Shown piece by piece: positions 1 through 10,685 of a stretch of DNA of 64,000 nt (the stretch's first letter is position 1; each line of letters begins with the position of its first letter). Both the position numbers and the translations under genes were made by a program. The notes under the pieces were generated by a model, which was not told the DNA's origin, ran no database searches, and worked only from the letters and a program-made list of their open reading frames with translations. Source of the stretch: Cyanidioschyzon merolae (taxonomy: Eukaryota); NCBI GenBank assembly GCA_000091205.1, contig AP006494.2. One strand, 5' to 3'.

Positions 1-699
1 CAATCTCACATAGGTGCATGCTGTCTGTATCTGTCTTTCATCCTATGTATACATATGATGATGTCCACATGCATGCAGTGCGCCACTGGTACTGCACGGA
101 TCATGGCCAGATCGACTGCGGCGTGTGCGCTTGCGCGGATGCAGGTATTTTTTAGTGGACAAAACGTTTACATAGGCCAGCGTTCTCCGATTATGTGCTT
201 TTTCCTCTCTTTTTGTGGGGGTTCAGTGCACGGTGAAGTATCCATCAAACGCCCTACCTCCAAGTTACACTACCCATACTTCTTCTCGGATTTTCAGGTC
301 GTTTCATACGTTCTGTTTTGTGCCTAGTACCTGCCCTAATCATCCGCCTTTGCGCTTGAACCGCTGGGGCGGATAGTTCATAGAGACAGAACGGCGTTGC
401 CGTACCACACAGAGGACGTCAGCTCGAGGCGCGCGGATGCAGGTGCCTGCGCGATCGCTCGGCAGCGCGGCGCGAATGCCGTCCGGATTGGCGCATTGCT
501 CCGTGTGGGCTGCGGCACGCACGCACGCACGCACGCACGCTTGATTCCTGTATATCAGGCACGCATACAGGGCACGTCCTCGGGTGCAGCGTCTCGACTC
601 GTGTTGATTGTCGAGCAAACGCTGGCTGCAGCTCTTTGGCAGAAACTTCAGTATTTCACTCAGTTCAGAGTGCTTTTGCTTCGCTCTAGACGCTGCAGG

Positions 700-1734
700 A
701 TGCAGGGTGTCCGCGCGGTCGGCCTCAGCAGCGTGCGACGTGTGTACGCAGCGGCGCGTGCACACGTGCAGTCGAGCACACCTGGTGGTGGTGGTGGTGG
801 TGGTGGTGGTGTTGGAAACTTCCTGTCCTCAAGCAATGAAAAGGCGCTCGGAGGTGTGCGCTTTGCAAGTTTAAAAGCCGTGAGGAACCGCATGCGTTCC
901 ATAGCATCGATCGGCAAGATCACAAAAGCCATGAAAATGGTGGCTGCTGCGAAGCTTCGCGGTACACAGGCCCGTCAGGATCTAAGCAGACCTTTCGCGG
1001 CAAGCGTGCGTCAGTTCTTTGACTTGCTACCACTTGAGAAGCTCGGTTCTGAGACAAAGGCCGGTGTGGCGGAGCCGAAACGACGTCTCTTGGTCGTTAT
1101 TACTTCGGATCGCGGCTTGTGTGGTTCAGTCAACACCAACGTCTGCCGTCTGGCGCGCCAAATGCTCCCGCATGGCGCAGCAAGCCCCGTCTCCGATGGT
1201 GTCGAGACCAACATCATGGTGATAGGCGACAAGGGCCGGGACGCGCTCCAACGCACGAGTGCAGCTTTCTTCACGACCACGTTCCGGGACGTTTTCAAAG
1301 CTCCAGTATCTTTCCCACAAGCCGTGATCATTGCCGAGGAAATTCTAGCGCAAAGTCCTGATGAGGTCGTCATTTTCTACAACCGTTTCAAGTCCGCGAT
1401 TAGCCAGGTGCCAACGCAGCAGCCCTTACTGGGCCTGCAACTGCTCATGGACAACGCCAGCGTCTTTGATGGCTACGAGTTCGACTCAGACATGGATTCG
1501 TCGCAGGTAATGGTGGATCTTTTCGAGTTCGAAGTAGCCACACAGCTTTACGGGGCTTTACTTGAGAACGCGACCAGCGAGCAAGCAGCGCGAATGTCGG
1601 CGATGGACAACGCCTCGACGAATGCTGCGGAAATGCTCGACAAATTAACCCTTCAGTACAACCGCGAACGTCAAGCTGTCATTACGACAGAGCTTGTTGA
1701 AATTGTTGCCGGGGCCTCTGCGCTTCAAAAGTAA
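700..1734 (+). CDS. F1 ATP synthase gamma subunit (mitochondrial type). The ORF opens at 397, but the likely start is the Met at 700 (MQGVRAV...).
   Basis: The translation carries the gamma-chain N-terminal signature ASLKAVRNRMRSIASIGKITKAMKMVAAAKL and the C-terminal signature ...MLDKLTLQYNRERQAVITTELVEIVAGASAL. The N-terminus is presequence-like and includes a Gly9 run. Confidence 0.85.
   Translation: MQGVRAVGLSSVRRVYAAARAHVQSSTPGGGGGGGGGVGNFLSSSNEKALGGVRFASLKAVRNRMRSIASIGKITKAMKMVAAAKLRGTQARQDLSRPFAASVRQFFDLLPLEKLGSETKAGVAEPKRRLLVVITSDRGLCGSVNTNVCRLARQMLPHGAASPVSDGVETNIMVIGDKGRDALQRTSAAFFTTTFRDVFKAPVSFPQAVIIAEEILAQSPDEVVIFYNRFKSAISQVPTQQPLLGLQLLMDNASVFDGYEFDSDMDSSQVMVDLFEFEVATQLYGALLENATSEQAARMSAMDNASTNAAEMLDKLTLQYNRERQAVITTELVEIVAGASALQK
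784..812. repeat. (GGT)10 microsatellite coding a poly-Gly tract inside the ATP synthase gamma presequence
   Basis: A perfect run of ggtggtggt... is visible and translates as GGGGGGGGG in the gene frame. Confidence 0.9.
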
Positions 1735-2054
1735 CGGATTACGATGCATGCTAGGCAGATATTTAAAAATGACGTTCACGCGACAGGTCTTTTGCACTCG
1801 GTGGGAGCGTACGAAACCTGTCACCAGTACGAGCGAAAAAGCGACAAAAATCCACAGGATTTCGTGCAGTGCACGGGTTTCTCGCTGCTAGCATGGTGCG
1901 CGATAAGCACACCCCGGCAGCGTCATTCTATTTTGCATGTGACGACTGATCATCGGCCTTTCACCAGTTGTTTCAACGGTGCCTGCAGGGGAGCGTGGCG
2001 TCGTGTATCCGCGCGCAAATTTGGTTCAGTCCATTGGAAATGTACAAACGCAGA

Positions 2055-3338
2055 TCATTGCTGCGCACAGCTCACTCGCTGGGCACCACCGGGGATCCCA
2101 TTCGCGCCATGATCATCGTCGGTTTCGTAAATGTCACGAGGGCCTTCATCCATACCTGCTCGCAGTTGCGATTCATCAAAGTCGATGAGCTCAACGTCTT
2201 CCTTTTCGCTGCCGTCGACGCCATCGAGCTCCGGTTCTGCGCACCGTTGGCCGAGTGCCTCTTCAAGTGCTGGTCGATACTTCAGTTCGATAGTACGCGG
2301 AAATTCAATCTTGAATTTGACTACAAGGACGCCATGCTGGGTTGGTCTCCGATAAATTGGCATACCTTCTCCGGCAATGGTTTTGAGCGGCATCGATCCA
2401 TCAATGACCTCACCGGGACGCGACCGCACCACAAGCGTGCGATCATCGAGCGTCCGTATCGTAAAACAGACACCGCATAGTGCCTCGACCAGCTTGATGG
2501 GTTGTTCCATCAGCAGCGTGGAGCCTTGGCGCTGAAACACCGGGTGAGATTTCTGCTGCAGAACGACAACGATATCACCAGGCTCCACACCGGGTTCCTC
2601 GTCGGCCTCGCCTCTGAGAACAATCTTTTGTCCATGCGACATGCCTTTGTCGATATGAACTTCAATCACGGCGCGGTCTTCAATAACGCGCTCACCCTTG
2701 CAGGTTGGGCACTGGTACTTGCGTGGTACGGAACGTCCAGAGCCACTACATTCAGAGCAAACGGACTGAATTTGCTGCACCATTCCCGGAGCAAGCTGCC
2801 GTATTCTAACCTCCATTCCGGTGCCCCGGCATCCACTGCAGGTAAATGACACGTTGCGCGGGGCATCTGGACTGGCACCCGAGCCTTTGCACGCAGTGCA
2901 CACGCGTTTGCGCTGAATCGCGAGTTTTGTCGTTTTGCCGTTATACAAGTCTTCCAGGCTTACACGCAGCGGATGGACAACGTCTTCAGCCTTGCGTGGT
3001 CCGCGCGAGCGACCTGCGAGACCACCACCGAATAATGCTTCGAATATGTCCATGGGGTCACGGAAGCCGGGCATACCGCCGCCTTCTTTGAGGCCTTCTT
3101 CACCGAGCTCATCGTAAATTCTGCGCTTTTCAGGATCCGAAAGCACCTCATATGCGACTGTTAGCTCTTTAAACTTCTCTTGAGTATCGGCATCAGGATT
3201 CTTGTCCGGGTGCAGTCGCAGGGCCATCCGCTTGTACGCTTTCTTGATTTCCTCTGTGGTAGCGTCACGGCTTACCCCGAGCAGTTCGTAGTAAGCGGTG
3301 TTATTCACTTGCCCCCTACCGGACAAACGACCAAACAT
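2055..3338 (-). CDS. DnaJ/Hsp40 chaperone, type A (J domain, four CxxCxGxG zinc-finger repeats, C-terminal CaaX-like CAQQ)
   Basis: The J domain reads [34 protein letters not shown]. Zinc-finger repeats [24 protein letters not shown] and CPTCKGER are present. The protein ends in CAQQ, a farnesylation box like the CASQ of Ydj1. Confidence 0.85.
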   Translation of the reverse strand: MFGRLSGRGQVNNTAYYELLGVSRDATTEEIKKAYKRMALRLHPDKNPDADTQEKFKELTVAYEVLSDPEKRRIYDELGEEGLKEGGGMPGFRDPMDIFEALFGGGLAGRSRGPRKAEDVVHPLRVSLEDLYNGKTTKLAIQRKRVCTACKGSGASPDAPRNVSFTCSGCRGTGMEVRIRQLAPGMVQQIQSVCSECSGSGRSVPRKYQCPTCKGERVIEDRAVIEVHIDKGMSHGQKIVLRGEADEEPGVEPGDIVVVLQQKSHPVFQRQGSTLLMEQPIKLVEALCGVCFTIRTLDDRTLVVRSRPGEVIDGSMPLKTIAGEGMPIYRRPTQHGVLVVKFKIEFPRTIELKYRPALEEALGQRCAEPELDGVDGSEKEDVELIDFDESQLRAGMDEGPRDIYETDDDHGANGIPGGAQRVSCAQQ

Positions 3339-3465
3339 TTTTTAAAGTTTCTTTTCTGTTTCGTTCTTAAGGGCTTGCCACGAAAGTAGCAGCTTTTCTT
3401 CAACGAAACGCACTCGAGGGTGTCCGTACGGTAGAAGCCCACAGAACCCAGCAATGTTCGAGCAA

Positions 3466-3530
3466 CTGCTGCTGCCGCCGCCACGAATATGACCGCCGCC
3501 GCCGCCGCCGCTGCTGGCGCCACTGCCACT
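3466..3530. repeat. Imperfect (GCC/GCT)n trinucleotide repeat in the DnaJ upstream region
   Basis: The run ccgccgccgccgccgccgctgctggcgccactgcc is visible, and it produces spurious poly-Ala/Gly ORFs on both strands. Confidence 0.7.
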
Positions 3531-4722
3531 GAGCGCCCACCGGCGCATTCTGGAATCGTCGACGTTTGATGCGCGATGCGACGATCGCAAAGCATTTCAG
3601 TGGACTATGGATCATCTTCGAAAGCGGGATACACACTGACTTACGGAAAAGCGTCCATCATGCTGCTGCACCCTATCTCCGATATCCGTTACCTGTTCCC
3701 GGGTGTACTGGTTATTCTCGCAGGTTCCACTGTGCGCCTAAGCTGTCTTGAGCACCCGCAATAGCGCCTGTGCCGTTGAAGCAAATGCATCACGGGGACA
3801 GAACGGCTTTGACCTACAACTGAGGGCGTCGGCTCAAGGCGTGGTTTGCGCGATACGGGTCCGGAGTACATAATCATGCTGGGGGCCAGCAACCTGCGCA
3901 GACTGACCTGCTGCCCGCGGCAGCGCGAAGCGATAGACTAGGAGTCCACTAGAATCAGAGCGACGCTAAGACGCAGCCTAACTGCCCCTAATCCCGGAAT
4001 AAACTGCGTTCCGGACGAGTTGTTCAGATCTCGGCACGGCACCCGCGAATGGGTGGAACATGAAGCAAGCGCCTGGCGGACTCGTCCGGCCCGCGGGACC
4101 TTCCGCCTAGGAGGCAAACTTTCGACAATATGGAAACCTTTTCCCCTGTTTTAAAGTTTACCGTAGAGGGGGAAAGAAATATGTATATACATGCTGGTGC
4201 ATCGAGAGTCTCTGTTCCTTATTCTTAATAGGGCGCTCGATACGCGCACCTGGGAGATCTGGCTGTAACGAGACACGACGCGCATCTCGCCTTTGAAGCG
4301 AAACGCGATGCTCATAGTTAGCGTGCTAGTCTATCGTACAAGATGTATTTGCGTTACAGTCGTAGCCAAGTATAGTGTCTCATCTCAGTTTTGTTTCAGC
4401 CTTCAAGTGGCTATGTTCAAGTGATCATTACGAGTTTATAACATACGCGTTCAAAGTGGGTTCTTCATCAAAACTAAAGATAGAAAGTTCTGGAAAAGGA
4501 AGTAGAGGATCCTGGAGGGTGGCTGTAGCCGGCCGCCGAAAAACAAAACGAAAAACAGTGCCGAGCAAAGAGCAACAGGTGATGACGAAGAAGCAGGAGG
4601 GTGAGCCAGACATCAGAAGCTGCCCGAGAGACGACAGTACGACGAGATGGATATGAAAGCGTTTCCTCTACGCCTAATCAAGGATTCCTACGAGCAAAAG
4701 TAGCAAGAGGCTATCAGAAACC

Positions 4723-6700
4723 GTGCCGAGTCGTACTCCAGCAATGTTTGTAACGCATCTTTTCGGACTAATGCATTTGGTTAATGGGATGGAAGAGGAC
4801 GTGACGGATATCATAGCAGTCGATATTCCGGGTGAAATTTTCAACAAGACCTTTATTCGTCACATGATGCTTGGCACCGGGGAAACGTCGAGGAGAAATG
4901 AACGAGTACACGCCTTACACGAAAATCACGCCGAATACCGCTTCAACGGTACTAGATACAGGGGCGACGCAGATATTTACCGCCACGGGACAATGAAGTA
5001 CCTCACGAATTTGAAGAACCAATTCACCATGAACATGAAAGGCTTCATGATACGCTCCATCTTTGCGCTGTACCCGGGCCTGTCTCGCAGAGGGACACAG
5101 GCCATCATCGACGGCATCGCGAACGATAGTAAGAATGAACAGAAGATCGAATTCGTCGACGATAAGACATCACACAGGAGAAAGAACGAGGCTTCTGTAA
5201 TCCGTGCGGCAATTAAAGAGCACCGTGCAGTCTTGGGCCTTGTCAACCCAGCAGAGAAGCTAAGAAATATGAAAAAAGATGATGAAAGATGTTATCCCCT
5301 AATCCTGCGCTATTTCGTGTTTCTGGAGCGAGAACTCGAACGCATGCTGGAGATGACGCTGAATGAGGAAGAAAATGAAGAGTCGCAGAAATGGAAGGCT
5401 GTCCTAATGGAGAACCGCTTCAATGTCGTTCCGTTATGCAACATCAAGTCACAATTTGTGGCTATAGACTCCAGCGTCCTTCATGGCATGATCAGGGAGA
5501 TCTGTCCGGAGTTCGATGTTAGCAGGAAGGAGAACTCCGGTGAAAACCGGGAGACGTACTGGAAGAATATCCTCGATTTCAAACGTCTCAAAACGAGTAA
5601 GCAAAAGGTATTCACTGGGTTGATCGAAACCGATGGGGTAACCATTTGTGGACACTATCGGATGTTGATGGCAGATCGTCCTGGTCCGTCTTCGATATCG
5701 CCCGTGACGAAGCATGAAATAAAGAAGAAGGTGGATCCTTCGACGCAGCAGATGCAGGAGAACGACTTTCGTTGTCGGCCTTGACCCCGGGAACACGAAT
5801 ATCGTTACAATCGCAGGACCCACGCGAGAGGAAGATGGTATCAAAGGCAAGTTGCGTCAGAAAGACATACGGCTTTGGAAGTTCTCAAGAGCTGGGTACT
5901 GCCGAGAGTTTGGGTTAATGAATCCAAGGATATAGAATGAGAAGCGGAACGCAGGAGTGAAGAAGCACCTAGAAGCGATCGGTAGCATAGCGAGCCGCGA
6001 AGCAAACTGTCAAGCTTTTCGGGATTTGATAGAAACTCAAGCTGCTCATCAGGAGAAGCAGTGGAAAGAGTATACAAAGCCCCGGTGGGTTCGTCAGCGT
6101 ATGAACTTGTACGGAGGGAGACAGCGTACATTCACCAACTCCTTCAATGATTGTACGCCCTCAAGAAGGACACGAGTCAAAGGCTCGTAGTGGCTAGCGG
6201 AGCAGGGCGCTGGGCGTCCAGAAAATGGAAGCATACCGGCTCCATCGACAAGAGCGTACAAGGAGTGCGCAGAGCGTTTTGTCACTGAATTGGTGGATGA
6301 GTTCCGAACGGCCTACGTGCATCATGAACGGGGGTTTACACTCCTGCCAGTCGAGATGGATGGTGCCAACCGAACGCTGAGGATACAGAAAAGTACGGAG
6401 AGCGGACAGAGCACAAAATGACACAGTGAGCGCGAGTTCGAGGACTCCTTGCACTGGTGAGTACAAGCGGTGGCATGGAACGCATGCAGTTTGTGGACCT
6501 GGACTTCAACGCTGGTATTGATATCAGGGGATATGAGGTGCTGGCGCGGAGACCCGAGGAGCTGACACGAGCGAACTTTGTGGGCAGCTTCTCAGGGTCG
6601 AAGCGCACAAGGAGAAACTGAAGCTTACAGCAATCGGCCGGTCGAAAAAGGCTGGGAGGCGTCTGCAGGTCGGTGTATATAAATACACGCGACAGACGTA
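4723..6700 (+). mobile_element. Degenerate Fanzor/TnpB-like (IS605 OrfB / OMEGA-family RuvC nuclease) element, copy A. The coding region is broken by at least one 1-bp frameshift and several in-frame stops, and a conserved terminal region extends about 80 bp past the stop.
   Basis: Frame 1 (4723..5784) gives a 353-aa N-terminal ORF. After a 1-bp frameshift near 5765-5770 the translation continues as [19 protein letters not shown], a RuvC-I-like motif of the GIDPGxxNxxT type. Stops fall at 5934, 6188 and 6419. A frame-1 segment near 6484 reads MQFVDLDFNAGIDIRGY, matching the RuvC-III consensus DxDxNAAxNI. The ORF stops at 6616. The sequence ...gaaactgaagc..aaaaggctgggaggcgtctg... runs on to about 6690 and is conserved in two other copies. 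The region is AT-richer than the flanking gene islands. Confidence 0.45.
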
Positions 6701-8693
6701 CGGTACGAAAACACGTCGATTAATGCCTGTACGCCCGGTGTACGCATTGAGGGGGCTCTTCGTTCGTTTGACGGAACGTTCGCATTGAAAGGAATTCCCG
6801 CTTGTGCGCTTGCTATCGGCGCTCGGAGAGTTCAGCCGGGAATGCGTGCTGCAGAAGCGCGCGCAAAAAGTTCATAATGCATATAGGAACAAAACTGCCC
6901 ACAATGTGTGTTGATAAGAGGTAAACATAATAACATGGGTCATGCTGGTGAGTTCGAGACGCTTTCTCTGGGACACGGGATAGGTGATTCGCAGCGTTGC
7001 AGAGTATGGTTGTCTTGTAAGTAACAGAGTTCTTCAGTGGCTGTTGGAGCGCTGCATCCACTGCAGACTGCAATCTCACCCGATCGCCTGCTTGGGAAAG
7101 GCCGACTTGTTTCCATGTTGTTCAAATTTTCCAAAAGACTTGTGAAACGTTGTCATGTCGATTCGTCATAAAACCGGTAAAAATCAAACAGTAAGTTGGA
7201 GGTACAGGTCGCGAACCCAACGAGCTGGCACGACGTTGCAACGATGTGTAAGCACGCGTTGAGCGGTTACCTCTTGCCTCTACGGTTTTTTGGCAATGAT
7301 TTCCGGTGCAATGGTCAACGAGTGCTCGTTCCATGTAAACATTGCTTATCCTGCCTGGTGGATAGCAACATCATGAAGCCAGCATATTCTAGGTGCAGGC
7401 GCGGGTACCTGCCGAAAAATGACGCTAGAGTCAGATGAGTGTCCCTAGGTGTCAATGCAGCAGGCCGCTAAAGCATTTCGTTTCGCTTGGTCTTCGAGAA
7501 AGAGACGCAGGGCATGTCCATCTGCATGACCAGCGGTTGCAATTGCATGCACCGGAGGTTGCATCCACAGGTCAATACTCAAATCCAGGAGCAGCAGCTT
7601 CCGAATGGTGGATGAAAAACGCCAAAGTCAATGCCAGAGACGCGCTGAAAACCGTGTTGATGGACGGGATGTGTACACGTGATCTCAGATCTCGATCAGG
7701 TTCCACGAAATGCTCCGTTCCTGTTTTTGTGTCGATTTCGCCCCAAAACCTGCATCCGAACCATGTATACAGTGCACAGAATGAGGGCAATCATGTTTAG
7801 CTGCTGCGCGTAACGTCCAAACCGCTGCCCAAGATGCCTGTGAAAACTGCTTCACGCTAGTTTTTCGTTCCCTGGCGCCGCAGTTAACGAGCCAGACGGT
7901 AGAATACTCGAGTTCCACGAGTGGTTGAACCAATGCGCCTGCCCTGGCGTTTGCGATCGACCAGTATCCCTCGGGAATGCGCTTCAGGCGGCTTAAGTTC
8001 GCTCCTTTTCACTTGCACATCCTCGCATTTCGTTGCGATCGGTTGCGTCGAGTTGTGAGCACATTTGCCGAATATAATCCGTACTGCGTCTGCAGCTTGT
8101 GCATTTGCTACCTGCTCGTCCAATGTCACCACAGTAGCCAGGTTCCGTGCGGTCGCGTCGGAGAATCTCCAGCTCGCTGGACGGACAGAAAGCCCGGCGC
8201 CGCTCTCTCTCGTAGTTTGTTCCTCATCTCGCCATCTTTTCAATACGTTTCAGCGGCAAATGTACGGCATAGATGAGGCATCACACGACAACAGTCTCAA
8301 AGTTTGAATCAACGGTACGCTTTAAAGATGTAGAGCACGATGTGTTCAAGATTTATCAGCTTTCGTCGACCGCATTTGTTTCAATTCATGTATCACATTG
8401 CGGAAAACAAGTCGTTTTCGTTTTTAAAAGAATTCAGAGCGGCAAGCAGCCTCGAAAGTGCCAGGGTCTGGCGCCGCCTTCTCCGCTGCTGAGTAAGCAA
8501 GAGCGTTTGCACCTGTCATCACGCTCCAGAACGAACACTTACGTGTCAGGCGTGCCTTTCGGTCTCGCGACGGCATCTTGACCTTTCTCGCGTACTTTGA
8601 TCATCAAGCGCTTCGGAGGCGGTCAGCGCGCTTTCATAGGGCACGGCCGTACGCAGGTTCATGAGTCGGGCGACGTGGAGACCAACCCGCATC

Positions 8694-10037
8694 TCATTTA
8701 AACAGTTTGCGTCTAAGGAGGGTGCGGTCGAACCTCGTGGTGCGCTTCACCGGTATATACCGCCACAGCACTGCCATCGAGCTGCCCATAAGCGCCATCC
8801 ACACCACGCTCACCGCTGAGGGCACCCGAACAGCAAATTCTTTGAAATGGAGTTTCGCGAGCAGAAACCCAAAGGCAGAGCTCTTCATCGCAGTTTCGAT
8901 AGCAATTGTTCGACAAACGACTTCATTGTACCCGAGAAAACGGGGGATAAAGTAACCAAGGCCACCGCCGAGTAAGTGCAGTAGAAATACAGGGATCTGG
9001 AGCGAGAGGCCCGCTGCGAGAATAGGTTGAGCCACCTGTGCAACTGCACTGCCTACCAGAAGACACGTTGAAATCACGCCTATCAAGGGAGAGAAAGGTA
9101 AAATCCGCTGTACAATGCGATTCGCATAGCGATTCAATAGCATGCCCGTAGCGATCGGAGCAAGCACCACCTGCAGCGTAGAGAGGGCGATCCCCAGGGC
9201 ATCCACGGAAACGACGGCACCGATGAGGACCTTGCAAAGGAACGGTGTCATGAAGATGGCACCTATCGTGGAGCACGTTGTCATCATCACGCTAAGCGCG
9301 ACATTTCCATTAGCAATATAGGTGCAGAGATTGCTCGCTTGGCCACCATTGATGGAACCGACGAGCACAAGGCCGGCGATTAGCTCCGGGGAGAGCCCCA
9401 TCAAGTGCCCTAGCAGCAGCGCCAGTAAAGGCATAAGGGCGTAGCATCCAAGGAAGCCGACGCCGATCGCACCAGGGCGTCGGAGGACTCGAGCAAAGTC
9501 ACGCGGCGTCAACGTAATGCCCATGGAAAGCATGAGTATGGCGAGGCCTAGCGTAAAATACGAAGTAGACACCCAGAGGAAAGTCTCTGGGCGCCGCAGA
9601 GCAATGACAGCTGAAATGAGCGTCCAGAGAGGAAAAAGATTTGTCGCCAGCGTCGAGTACCGAACAAAGCGCTCCCATAGCGACGCGCGCACCGGACTGG
9701 AGCTTTCCAGTGTTGTTGAGGGCGCGAGTGCGCTACCACCGGCAGCCGATCCGAGCGGTGACCCCGCCGCACCAGACCCTGATAGAGAGGATTTCGCCTG
9801 GAGCTTTTGCATGTCGTCTCGATCACTGCTACCAAACTGACATCCACGCAGTCGCAGAGGAGCCGGCAGCGCTGCGACTGGTTGCTGCCGCGGGACGCCC
9901 TGCCGCAGCGACTTGCCCACTGGGTTGGTGCGGCCTGACCATCGAGTCGCGGGTGACCAAATCCTAGAGTAGCCAGCACAAGTTGTTAAGAAACTTAACT
10001 CACCTAAATGTAAGCTGTAGCGTGGCATCGCTACCAA
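8694..10037 (-). CDS. Bile acid:sodium symporter (BASS/SBF) family transporter, plastid-type, with a long transit-peptide-like N-terminus
   Basis: The translation contains GSINGGQASNLCTYIANGNVALSVMMTTCSTIGAIFMTPFL and LAPIATGMLLNRYANRIVQRILPFSPLIGVISTCLLVGSAV, typical of SBF-family membrane cores. It has multiple hydrophobic spans and about 120 aa of S/R/A-rich N-terminal extension. Confidence 0.8.
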   Translation of the reverse strand: MVAMPRYSLHLGELSFLTTCAGYSRIWSPATRWSGRTNPVGKSLRQGVPRQQPVAALPAPLRLRGCQFGSSDRDDMQKLQAKSSLSGSGAAGSPLGSAAGGSALAPSTTLESSSPVRASLWERFVRYSTLATNLFPLWTLISAVIALRRPETFLWVSTSYFTLGLAILMLSMGITLTPRDFARVLRRPGAIGVGFLGCYALMPLLALLLGHLMGLSPELIAGLVLVGSINGGQASNLCTYIANGNVALSVMMTTCSTIGAIFMTPFLCKVLIGAVVSVDALGIALSTLQVVLAPIATGMLLNRYANRIVQRILPFSPLIGVISTCLLVGSAVAQVAQPILAAGLSLQIPVFLLHLLGGGLGYFIPRFLGYNEVVCRTIAIETAMKSSAFGFLLAKLHFKEFAVRVPSAVSVVWMALMGSSMAVLWRYIPVKRTTRFDRTLLRRKLFK

Positions 10038-10685
10038 ACCGAACCAACGTCAAGGTAGTGTACCTTTCGTACCTGCGTCAGGCGTTCCGGGCACTTGAAG
10101 CGATGCCGCCGGCGCAGGCGCAGCACCGCTTGTGTCCATTTTTGTATCCAAACACCGTTGTTCGGTACGGCAGTTGCGTACTCGCTGAAGCTACGTATGG
10201 AGTCAGGTGCACCGAACCAGACTCCCTAGTACAAGGGATTTCTATAGAAGATCAGGAAAGAGACCCCGGAACTTGTAGAGATCAGCTCAGATTCAAATGG
10301 CCTCGGAGGAAAGTTGTCGTCGACGACAGAGGTCAGAGCGCTGTGGCGACAGAGGCACTGCGGGCGCTTGACCTACAGTGGGCGCCTCCTGCGGCGCAAC
10401 CAGCGTTGGCGCTGCTGTTGCCCTCCAGATAAAGACCGGTTTTGGATTGCCATTGCGGGCGTTGGCTTGGCGCAAAGTTTATCCGACGCGGACCGAAGTC
10501 TCGTCGTCGGTTTGGGCTCTAAAATGGATGCGCAGGCGAGCCTGCTGCCGGGAGCGGTGCTGGATGGCACGCTGAAGGAGCTCGGCAGCCAAAGCGAAGC
10601 CTCGACGTAGGCCGCGCTAGCCTGCATCGTTCCAAAAGAACGGTGCCGTGGTCGACCTGCACCTGCCTCGCCTCAGCATCTACCG

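Noticed and set aside
3850-3920. GC-rich near-palindrome (gctgcccgcggcagc) upstream of DnaJ as a structured RNA or terminator
   Set aside because: It is a short imperfect hairpin in a GC-rich promoter region with no flanking T-run and no similarity to known snRNA, SRP or RNase P motifs.
6484-6530. Cys pattern (CTGEYKRWHGTHAVCGPG) in an alternative frame as the TnpB zinc ribbon
   Set aside because: It overlaps the same nucleotides that encode the RuvC-III motif in another frame, so only one can be real. Copies B and C do not conserve the cysteines.
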